A stretch of 17,223 nucleotides of DNA, from contig JBFXGD010000064.1 in the NCBI GenBank assembly GCA_050178385.1, forward strand, positions 1-17,223, read 5' to 3'. The position numbers and the translations under genes are program-made. The notes below the pieces were generated by a model, which was not told where the DNA came from, did no database searches, and saw only the letters and a list, made by a program, of their open reading frames with translations. This document shows positions 1 to 7,771 of the stretch, in pieces. Numbering within the stretch: position 1 is the first letter of the stretch; every line of letters starts with the position of its first letter. Source of the DNA: Calditrichaceae bacterium (GTDB lineage: Bacteria > Calditrichota > Calditrichia > Calditrichales > JBFXGD01).

Positions 1-1517
1 GAATCGGTGACTTCACATTTCAAAGAGAAATCCCAGTTATATCCGGGTGTGACCGTGCTAAGACCATCCCAGCTTGACACCTGATTCCATAGTCCCGGAA
101 GCGGCGCGTTGGGTTCCACGCCTCCGGTCAGACTGAGTGGTGTGATAATACCTTCATCGTTTCTGGACCACCATTTATAATCCACATAGCTTCCGCTTCC
201 GCCGCTGGGATTGGCGGTGAAGGTGCCATATTCATAATTATCCAACCATGTTGGGCCGGAGATTGTTAATGCTATCGGTTCGCTAATGACTATCTGTCCT
301 GTTTCAACAGCAAACCAATACAATAAACCTGCCGCTGCTTTTATTACATGTGGAAATATTTCGTTGTGCATTATAAGAACATTATCATGATTAATTTGAT
401 CCTTGTTTGTTGGTACACTACTTAAATTTGGAATTATTAATGATAATACTGAAAATGGACCATCATTTTGATAACTATCATCTCCGTTCTTATCATCACT
501 TGCGAAATGGTCAGAAATTTGGTTCATATAATACATTATATAATACAGCGGGTCAGAATAAACATATGGATCTAAATAATAGCCATATTGTGAATATACC
601 TCCTCTGCCGTCCATAAATTGTATTCATTATATAATGTTTCGTAAGTATCAGAATCTGTAGGTGGATGACTATCTTCGTGAACATGGGCCGGAACAGCCA
701 TATCACCTAGTAGATGTATCATCCTTCCCAATATTTCATATGCAAATGCTTTCCTTGCCGTTGGTCCCCATTGAATTGGATAATAAATATTATGCCAATC
801 GTTATCAAGTCCAATATATTTTGTTATTATTGCATTTCCATTTAAATAAAGGTCTTTTAAAGAATTATATTCAAAATCATATCCTCCTGATATTATATAT
901 GTATCGGGTAACGTAGCTGCTTCTCTATAAATTACTCTTGCAGGGAAAGTGCCATCTCTAAATTTTGCTATCTTTTGCATAGCATTTTCACATGAAAATG
1001 ACCAATAAATCCCACTATAAGTGCCATTTAAAAACGTTTGATCATTATAACCAGCATCAGCATTCCAAAAATGCGTTATTGAGTGAAAAGCATCATCAAT
1101 ATCCGCAACACCTAACGATTCTAATATAAAATCCATAAATCCTATAGGTAAACTCTGATTAAAATCTGGCCTTGCACCTATACCATAATGATAAACTATA
1201 TCTGCGTGGTCTTCCATATAAGCTCCTGCAACTATTTTCCATGGTCCAAAAGTTCTGATAAGACCAGTTGAGCTTGATTCAGTAGTACCAACATAATTCT
1301 CCATCTCGGTTAATTCAGTTGGATATGAGAATTTCAAAAGTTGAAAAGCTTCTTTCACAATATACTGATGTATATTTTCGTTATGAGTCGGTGATTGTAT
1401 ACTATATATTTCTTCTCCTTCCGGATGGTCGGAAGTAGTTCTAATAATATTTTGTGAAAATAGAGAATTTAAGGATAGAACCATTAAAATTGCCATGAAT
1501 TTAATTTTTTGGTACAT
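1..1517 (-). CDS. Secreted Zn-dependent phospholipase C / P1 nuclease-fold protein with a downstream Ig-like (PKD-like) domain; C-terminus truncated by the window edge
   Basis: Not in the ORF track. Hand translation gives an open frame from ATG 1517 (alternative in-frame ATG 1526; AAAGG SD spacing favours 1517) through position 1. It begins with the signal peptide MYQKIKFMAILMVLSLNSLFSQ. Motifs occur in PLC order: HNENIHQYIVKEAFQLL, GAYMED, THFWNAD, LGRMIHLLGDMAVPAHVH, DTYE. These are followed by ISGPT..GTFTANPSGGSGSY..YKWW..CEVTDS, typical of Ig-like modules. Confidence 0.8.
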   Translation of the reverse strand, partial: MYQKIKFMAILMVLSLNSLFSQNIIRTTSDHPEGEEIYSIQSPTHNENIHQYIVKEAFQLLKFSYPTELTEMENYVGTTESSSTGLIRTFGPWKIVAGAYMEDHADIVYHYGIGARPDFNQSLPIGFMDFILESLGVADIDDAFHSITHFWNADAGYNDQTFLNGTYSGIYWSFSCENAMQKIAKFRDGTFPARVIYREAATLPDTYIISGGYDFEYNSLKDLYLNGNAIITKYIGLDNDWHNIYYPIQWGPTARKAFAYEILGRMIHLLGDMAVPAHVHEDSHPPTDSDTYETLYNEYNLWTAEEVYSQYGYYLDPYVYSDPLYYIMYYMNQISDHFASDDKNGDDSYQNDGPFSVLSLIIPNLSSVPTNKDQINHDNVLIMHNEIFPHVIKAAAGLLYWFAVETGQIVISEPIALTISGPTWLDNYEYGTFTANPSGGSGSYVDYKWWSRNDEGIITPLSLTGGVEPNAPLPGLWNQVSSWDGLSTVTPGYNWDFSLKCEVTD

Positions 1518-1580
1518 GAGTTTCATCCTTTCTATATTTCTTTATGATTGAGTTATCTTTGGTAATTCATCCCGTACTTT

Positions 1581-2084
1581 TTATAGAGTATACTCATCCA
1601 TTTTTCTTAAGGGAATTGGAAATACTGCCCTAATATTGTAATCAGGTTCCAATTTTTTAAATTTTAGCAGGTTTAATTCTATTGAAGAAAATAAAAGGTA
1701 ACCACTGAATGCAGTAGCTCTTGGAGAATATTGGAACTTATTATTCTCTTTATAAAACAAAAACCCGAGGCCTCCTCCATTTAACAATTGTATTTTATGT
1801 TCACCAATTGGTTCAGTTATGGCGCCAACCTGAAAATCAACATATTTATATGAAAGAATGGTATCATTATTATTTTTAAAATTATTTCTATTTCCAAGAG
1901 TTATATTATAAAAATAATCTTGCTCAGTGTTTAATATTCCCAGGCTAATTTTAAAACCATAAATAACCCCGCTATTAAAATTATAACCTATGCTAATTCC
2001 AGGACTAATATATGGAACTATTTTTTGTGCAAATGAAACTTGATTTAAAGAAAATAATAAAACTAAAAAAATTACTTTTTTCAT
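1581..2084 (-). CDS. Hypothetical exported protein (~167 aa), beta-strand-rich, possibly a small outer-membrane protein
   Basis: The ORF track starts it at 2165. ATG 2084 has a strong SD (AAGGGAGA) and begins a signal peptide MKKVIFLVLLFSLNQVSFAQ. Alternating Gly/aromatic strands (PGISIGYNF, YGFKISLG). Very AT-rich. Confidence 0.7.
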   Translation of the reverse strand: MKKVIFLVLLFSLNQVSFAQKIVPYISPGISIGYNFNSGVIYGFKISLGILNTEQDYFYNITLGNRNNFKNNNDTILSYKYVDFQVGAITEPIGEHKIQLLNGGGLGFLFYKENNKFQYSPRATAFSGYLLFSSIELNLLKFKKLEPDYNIRAVFPIPLRKMDEYTL

Positions 2085-2332
2085 TATATCTCCCTTATTC
2101 TTACAATAATTATGATACGAATGGGTAGCAACACATTTTATAAATCTCAGATTAACACTTACCATTTTATGTAAATCCGGTAAAATGCATTATAAGCCCC
2201 CTAACATATAAAAGTCATCATCACCTGAGAAACTTTTCCCATCCAGATCAAATAAAGTAATTCAATGAATATAACCGCCATCTGAATTGCGTATCCTACA
2301 ATATAGAGGGCATCAATGCTATTATTTTATGG

Positions 2333-2347
2333 GCACTTTCCGTGCCA
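2333..2347 (-). promoter_or_regulatory. Sigma-54 (RpoN) -24/-12 promoter
   Basis: Minus strand reads TGGCACGGAAAGTGC against the consensus TGGCACG-N4-TTGC: perfect -24 box, exact GG-N10-GC spacing, one mismatch in the -12 box. It points at the 2084 and 1517 genes. Confidence 0.75.
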
Positions 2348-2377
2348 AAAAAATTTAACAAGGCTTATGATATTTAT

Positions 2378-2390
2378 AATCAATGAATTA
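2378..2390 (+). promoter_or_regulatory. IHF binding site
   Basis: AATCAATGAATTA is an exact match to WATCAANNNNTTR, with an AT-rich flank. It lies between the sigma-54 box and the upstream palindromes. Confidence 0.65.
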
Positions 2391-2425
2391 AGTCCTAAAA
2401 CAGATATAAAGGCCCTTCATTCCAG

Positions 2426-2485
2426 TGTGAACGATAGTTCTCATTTTGTGACCGATACATCACATTTTGTGAACTATCGGTCACA
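2426..2485. promoter_or_regulatory. Three tandem 18-bp palindromes TGTGA-N8-TCACA at 21-bp period; putative enhancer (UAS) sites
   Basis: 2426-2443 TGTGAACGATAGTTCTCA, 2447-2464 TGTGACCGATACATCACA and 2468-2485 TGTGAACTATCGGTCACA, each separated by TTT. Confidence 0.75.
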
Positions 2486-2643
2486 TTTGATAGCTTGATT
2501 TTTGAAATTTGTCACCTGGGGGTATGTTCAAATGCAGAAACATTTTAGAAATATCCATTAAATAAACAGTTTTTTGCATAATGATATTCTAAAATTACCT
2601 AACGAAATACTAACGACTTTACAAAATTACAATCAATCGCATG

Positions 2644-2679
2644 AAAAAAAAATGGAATCGGGAGACACCCCGATTCCAT
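2644..2679 (-). terminator. Rho-independent terminator of the 1366-aa gene
   Basis: Perfect 11-bp stem ATGGAATCGGG (2652-2662) / CCCGATTCCAT (2669-2679) with a 6-nt loop. On the minus strand it is followed by a U-run (A-run 2644-2651), about 40 nt after the stop at 2718. Confidence 0.9.
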
Positions 2680-2717
2680 CATTCTGTATCTGTCATTTTT
2701 CCAATTTGGACATCATA

Positions 2718-5700
2718 TTACTTTAATAGGATCATTTTCTTCACACTGTTGAAATTTTCCGCCTGAATTTTGTAGAAGTACAATCCGCTGGCCATATTCG
2801 CCGCGTTCCACTCAACGGTATGCGTTCCCGCTTTCATACTGCCGTCTATGAGCGTCGCCACTTTCTGACCAAGCGCGTTGAAGATCTGCAGCGTCACTTT
2901 TCCGTTTATCGGTAGTGAAAAATTAATTTTTGTCGCCGGATTAAACGGATTGGGATAATTCTGTGACAAATTAAACGTCACCGGTACAAGGGGCTCATCA
3001 GAACTAATGGCAGTGATGGATTCCTGAATCTCCAGATCATCGATGATCCATCCCCAACCGGTTGTATTGGCGTCGGAAAAAAGACGGAAACGAATCAGTA
3101 TCGTACTGCCGGCATCGAAGAAGTCCAGCAAATTGACACTGTGCAGTCTCAATAAATCAGGTGTCGGATCACCGCTTGTATCATAGATATTTAACCAATC
3201 TGCATCATAACCCGCGTCGTAGCCATCGAGCAGCGGTATCCAGTTAATTCCATCTTCCGTCGCTTCCGCGATAACATAATCCCAAAACATGTTATCACCG
3301 AACACGGTTCCCGGCTCACCGGGTTCAACAATGGCAATATCTTTATAGTTGAAGAACGCTTCTGATGCCGCGACTTCAATTGGTACGGACAGTTGATAAG
3401 TCAGTGTCACCTGAGTCCCATAGGGATGCGCCGTGTGGATCGCGCTGTTCACGAAACCCGCCGGCGTGCTCACTTCAAATCCGCTTCCCGTAAAATCAGT
3501 GTTTCCGAGATCAAAATTACTGGAGTAAGATTGCACCGGAGAAGCTAACGGATAAACAGTTATCGCAACCGTTGTGGATTTATATGCAAGTTCATCCTTA
3601 AATGATTCCAGGGATACGGTTATCTCTTCCGCGGTATCTACAGAATAATTAATCTGAACAAGCGTGTCAAGCGATGTACCCGCCTGCACCGTCAGAATAT
3701 TCTCTCCGTTTATCAGCACCTGGGTGGAATCATACACCGATCTCAGACTGGCGTCAACGACAATGACCCCGGTGGGGCTTTGCGCCGCATTATTAAGCCG
3801 CGGTGATAATGTCACAGCCGGTTGGGTGTACGTGGATAATTCCGGTATAGTTACTGACCAGATGCCACGTCCGTGGGTCGCCACCACTACCTGGTCATCC
3901 ACAATACGCATATCCCATATGGCAGCAGCCGGCAAACCTTCGTTCAGATAGGACCAGCTTGCTCCGTTATCAAGCGACTGGAAAATACCGATTTCCGTTC
4001 CGGCCCACAGAATGTCCGGATCATAAGGCATCACCAAAAGAGAATATGTGGCCACATCCGGAAATCCGTTGCTGCTTGATGAGTTGACACCGAATCCGCT
4101 AATATCCTGCCAGGTTTGCCCAAGATCCGAGGTGCGTAAAATTTTTGGAGCATTAGCAATGGAAAACATAACATAAGCCGTCGAATCTTCAATTGGATGT
4201 GTATCCAGACCGGAAATCCTGCCCAGTGTGACCTCGCTGTAATTTACTGTCGATGAAAAATTCAGACCGCCATTTACAGAAACCTGCATTTTTCCACTTG
4301 ATCCCATATTCGCGCCCGCCCAAACGATTTGTGGATTGGCGATGGAGATTTTGACTTCTGTAAATGAACTGCTAAAACCCCAATCAGTGGAAATAGGTGT
4401 TAAAGTCCAGTTTTCCGCGAAATTATCCGTCCGGTACACACCCGCGGATCCAACAGTAAAGAGTAAGTCCGGATCGCTTTGTGATTTCGCGATTTTGGTA
4501 ATAAACGCGCCATCATCACCCAATCCGTCACTCGCGGGAAGATAGGACAACCCGCCGTCAAGCGACCGCCAGATATTGTTAAACTGACTGGATACCGCTA
4601 TCTTCAGTGGATCGGTATAATGCCAGGATGTCTCAAAACCATCACCGCCTAATTGTCTAAGGTAAACAGAATTTAGATTAGCATCCTCGGCATTTGGCGA
4701 GCGCCAGGTACCATTATCCTGGGTTCCGCCGATATATTCATTTGCTCCGGGTTTTTTGTCAATTCCATAGAACTGAGTGGTGTTATACCCTCCGTTCAGA
4801 GCCTCTGACCAGGTTGTACCTCCGTCCGTGGAATAAGCAACCCCGCCGTCATTGCCGTTAAGGATCCAGAATTCACCCGTCTCAGAATTGGTGGGTATCA
4901 TTACCAGATTATGCTGATCCACATGAATATACGGTTTTCCGTACTGATTATAACCGTCCGTAATCGGTGTAGTCAGCCTGACTCTGGTAATAAGTGTTTC
5001 ATAATTGATTCTCAGATTGGATTCGGGAAGATTGTTTGGATCCCAGGTACCACCGCTCGCCAGAATCGGCCACATGGCGTAAATATTTTTCCACATAAAT
5101 CCATTGGTTTGAGGAATGGTCGGATCCGGATTAACCGCGTCATAAGGTGTCGCGTTTACAAAAATATATTCCCGCTGAAGGTTGCTGGCATTATACTCTA
5201 TCAGGTCAAAGACCCCGTTATTAGCCCAGTCTCTGAAGGATGCCATTAGTTGCCGGTTATTGGTGATATCCCAGACTTCGAACGGGACATCTATGTAATC
5301 CTGGTAAAGAAAGTTACCGGTGCTTCCATCATAAAGGAAACGATGCGCTTTTTGCGTTTTTCCCGGGCCAAAACGTATCTCAACGGTCGCGTAATCTTCC
5401 GGCTCAACACCCGCGGACCCGAGAAAATCATCACCGGTTCCTAAACCGCCTCCGGCATAAGGACCGCCCCAATTGATAAATCCGAAAAACGACTGCGTAT
5501 TATTTTGTTCAACACCGGTAATGGCGGATGTGGTATCAGAACCTGGTTGCATTTCAATTTTCCAGACGTCGATACCACCAACAAAAACGATATCTTCATT
5601 ATAAGGGTGCGCGGCGATTGTATTATCATACCAACCCTGGCCTCCAAGCCACTTTGGATTTGTCCCGGACTGATCCAGCGCAATCGTCCAGGTTGCGCCC

Positions 5701-6818
5701 GCGTCTTCCGAAATATAAAAATCTGACTCTTCACCATTCTCAACCGCGATATAAATCCGCGCGGTGTCTGTCGGAGCGATCGCCAGTTCAATTCTGGCCG
5801 CCGCGCCGATACCGGTAGAAGCCAATTGCCAGGTATCTCCGGCATCTGTGGATTTAACAACGCCAACCCCGTTAACCGTCGCGTATAGTGTATTAAAATT
5901 TTGAGGATTGGCGACAATGTGCTGAATTCTCGATCCGCCGGCGTCATAAACTTCCGTCCAGGTGACTCCGCCATCGGTTGACTTCTGAATAGTGGATGTC
6001 CAGCTACCCGATGAAACGACAAATCCTGTATTGGCGCAGCTCAGTACTATATCAGGATTTGTAGGGCTGACTACAATTCTGTTAATATTCTGAAAATCAA
6101 GATTGTTTGCGGTCGATGTCAACTGGCTCCATGTTTCACCACGATCTTCCGATTTAAAAATTCCGTTTCCGTTTACCGCGTCACTGTTGAAAAAACCTTC
6201 CCCGGTCCCGGCATATATAATATCATGGTTTGATTCGGCCATGGCCAGAACCGTGGTGGCAAGATTGGGAAGATTAGGGGTTTTGTCAATCCAGGTCTGT
6301 CCCATATCGGTAGTTTTCCATATTCCCCCTCCCACAGAACCCGCAAACCAGGTCATGTGCGTAGCATCGTCCGGATCAACTATCAGTCCACGGGTGCGGC
6401 CGCTGACATTTCCCGGGCCTCTTTCCACCCAGGTCAGTGCGGCGGATGACTTATTCAGCGATTTTACCGATGAGCCGGAAACGGCTTTATTTAATTCATC
6501 AATTTTATAATTAAGCTTATAACCCGGATTCTGCTCACCGTCCCTTGTTCGGATTTCCCGGTGAATTTGAGCGTACATATCCGGAGCGTCACTTTTTGCG
6601 AATCCTTTGATCTTCTTTTTTCTTTCTGACCATATACCCTTGCCCTTAACAATCGTTTTTTTGGAATCAATCGCCTGCGTATGACTTGTCTCATCCAACA
6701 AAAGGCTATTTCCGGATTTTTTTAGTGAAAATGCCTGGTCGTGATTAACGGATATAAGCAACGCGATGACTATCAAAAACAACACAAAAATACCTGCTGA
6801 CAATCCTTTACGAGTCAT
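2718..6818 (-). CDS. Large secreted BNR/Asp-box beta-propeller protein (VPS10/sortilin-like or GH74-like fold) with a jelly-roll-like domain and a T9SS type A-like C-terminal sorting domain
   Basis: N-terminal hydrophobic signal and GGGGGAG SD. About 11 Asp-box repeats (KTTDMGQTW, KSEDRGETW, KSTDGGVTW, KSTDAGDTW, ISEDAGATW, YSTDGGTTW, RTSDLGQTW, QSLDNGASW and others). Propeller end VATHGRGIW. RFRLFSD..GWGWIIDD beta-sandwich. Tail LSQNYPNPFNP...ASGLYFYKI...KKMILLK. Confidence 0.9.
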   Translation of the reverse strand: MTRKGLSAGIFVLFLIVIALLISVNHDQAFSLKKSGNSLLLDETSHTQAIDSKKTIVKGKGIWSERKKKIKGFAKSDAPDMYAQIHREIRTRDGEQNPGYKLNYKIDELNKAVSGSSVKSLNKSSAALTWVERGPGNVSGRTRGLIVDPDDATHMTWFAGSVGGGIWKTTDMGQTWIDKTPNLPNLATTVLAMAESNHDIIYAGTGEGFFNSDAVNGNGIFKSEDRGETWSQLTSTANNLDFQNINRIVVSPTNPDIVLSCANTGFVVSSGSWTSTIQKSTDGGVTWTEVYDAGGSRIQHIVANPQNFNTLYATVNGVGVVKSTDAGDTWQLASTGIGAAARIELAIAPTDTARIYIAVENGEESDFYISEDAGATWTIALDQSGTNPKWLGGQGWYDNTIAAHPYNEDIVFVGGIDVWKIEMQPGSDTTSAITGVEQNNTQSFFGFINWGGPYAGGGLGTGDDFLGSAGVEPEDYATVEIRFGPGKTQKAHRFLYDGSTGNFLYQDYIDVPFEVWDITNNRQLMASFRDWANNGVFDLIEYNASNLQREYIFVNATPYDAVNPDPTIPQTNGFMWKNIYAMWPILASGGTWDPNNLPESNLRINYETLITRVRLTTPITDGYNQYGKPYIHVDQHNLVMIPTNSETGEFWILNGNDGGVAYSTDGGTTWSEALNGGYNTTQFYGIDKKPGANEYIGGTQDNGTWRSPNAEDANLNSVYLRQLGGDGFETSWHYTDPLKIAVSSQFNNIWRSLDGGLSYLPASDGLGDDGAFITKIAKSQSDPDLLFTVGSAGVYRTDNFAENWTLTPISTDWGFSSSFTEVKISIANPQIVWAGANMGSSGKMQVSVNGGLNFSSTVNYSEVTLGRISGLDTHPIEDSTAYVMFSIANAPKILRTSDLGQTWQDISGFGVNSSSSNGFPDVATYSLLVMPYDPDILWAGTEIGIFQSLDNGASWSYLNEGLPAAAIWDMRIVDDQVVVATHGRGIWSVTIPELSTYTQPAVTLSPRLNNAAQSPTGVIVVDASLRSVYDSTQVLINGENILTVQAGTSLDTLVQINYSVDTAEEITVSLESFKDELAYKSTTVAITVYPLASPVQSYSSNFDLGNTDFTGSGFEVSTPAGFVNSAIHTAHPYGTQVTLTYQLSVPIEVAASEAFFNYKDIAIVEPGEPGTVFGDNMFWDYVIAEATEDGINWIPLLDGYDAGYDADWLNIYDTSGDPTPDLLRLHSVNLLDFFDAGSTILIRFRLFSDANTTGWGWIIDDLEIQESITAISSDEPLVPVTFNLSQNYPNPFNPATKINFSLPINGKVTLQIFNALGQKVATLIDGSMKAGTHTVEWNAANMASGLYFYKIQAENFNSVKKMILLK

Positions 6819-6920
6819 TACTCCCCCATCTTAAATGGTTTTTGATGTAGTAATATTATAGAAGTGTTTTAATGATAAAATCAAAGTATGGGCCGGATGA
6901 GAAGCGTGACAATATAACAC

Positions 6921-6935
6921 GCCATATACATACCA
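6921..6935 (-). promoter_or_regulatory. Possible second sigma-54 promoter, for the 1366-aa gene
   Basis: Minus strand TGGTATGTATATGGC has GG-N10-GC spacing but is more degenerate. An IHF-like AATCAAGTGTTTT (one mismatch) lies at 6965-6977. Confidence 0.35.
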
Positions 6936-7036
6936 TTATTCGGAATAAGTGTCCGATTCGGACTAAAACACTTGATTTTGAAGCACCTGTTACCGAAACA
7001 TTGATCCGGTCAGGCAAGTTTAAAAAATGTAGCCAG

Positions 7037-7483
7037 TTACTCTTTTTTTACCTCCTTCGCGCCGTGGCGCAGTTGTTTCTTACCGGTTTTTAAATTAACA
7101 ATATAAACCCTTGCCCCGTTATCTTCCGCTCCGGAAACAATTCCCGGTATGGTATTTAATTCAAGCTGATCTTTGTCAAACCAGCGCACGGAACCCATGG
7201 GAAGCTGATCCTCATAAACAACGCTTTCATTTATCAGATCGTAAACAAAAAACTGAACATTGGAAAAAGGTCTCTGTGATGTTGGCTTTTCCTGTCTCGC
7301 GCAAATCACCAGCGTTGTGTCTGAATTGAATGAGTAAGTGATTTTGTTTTGATATTTTTGGATGGCCAATTGTTTATATGTCTCGTCGGCAGGCTGCTGA
7401 CTCCCTGATTTTTTAGACCCGGAGCAATGCTGAAAAAATAATATTCCCGAAAAAAGAAGCAGTATTAATGTTTTTATTTGCAT
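7037..7483 (-). CDS. Hypothetical lipoprotein (~148 aa)
   Basis: The ORF track starts it at 7651. ATG 7483 follows GGGAGG and gives MQIKTLILLLFSGILFFQHC-SGSKK, a signal peptide ending in Cys followed by a polar linker. Confidence 0.75.
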   Translation of the reverse strand: MQIKTLILLLFSGILFFQHCSGSKKSGSQQPADETYKQLAIQKYQNKITYSFNSDTTLVICARQEKPTSQRPFSNVQFFVYDLINESVVYEDQLPMGSVRWFDKDQLELNTIPGIVSGAEDNGARVYIVNLKTGKKQLRHGAKEVKKE

Positions 7484-7771
7484 ACCCCTCCCAAAATTAC
7501 AAAAATTGCTGCTCTTTAAATTATTAAGAATGTAGAAGTGTGCCTGATAATTATAAGCATATTTGGGCATAATGTCAAAGATAAGATGCCCTGGTTTGAT
7601 CTGGCGCACATCTCGCAAATTGCACAAGGAACATTTAACTCTATAAAACATAAAATTAATTCCCGTTTAAATACAACTCGATATTGTTCAGAAAAAAAAT
7701 TATGAAATACTAAAAATCTTTCTTAATTTCAAATTTTATGGACTCTAGTCACCGATTTATTAGGAGAAATA

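Noticed and set aside
407..916. Two plus-strand 84-aa ORFs in the ORF track
   Set aside because: They are antisense shadows of the long minus-strand PLC-like frame and have no motifs.
2426..2485. Mini-CRISPR or canonical CRP/Rex sites
   Set aside because: There are no unique spacers (only TTT between units) and no cas genes. The half-site spacing is N8, not the N6 of CRP/Rex-type boxes.
2316..2498. 60-aa ORF with repeated SHFV
   Set aside because: The peptide repeat is just the translation of the 21-bp DNA palindrome array, and the ORF overlies the promoter elements.
2589..2630. Short direct repeats (AAAATTAC x2, CTAACGA x2)
   Set aside because: Too short and AT-rich to distinguish from chance.
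1..2700. Mobile element or integron explaining the AT-rich cassette
   Set aside because: No transposase, integrase, terminal inverted repeats, target duplication or attC-like site could be identified.
3191..6694. Many small ORFs overlapping the 1366-aa gene
   Set aside because: Alternate-frame or antisense shadows with no recognisable motifs.
7602..7616. TGGCGCACATCTCGC as a sigma-54 promoter for the PPIase
   Set aside because: GG-N10-GC spacing is present, but there are several mismatches and I saw no supporting IHF or enhancer sites. Such matches are common by chance.
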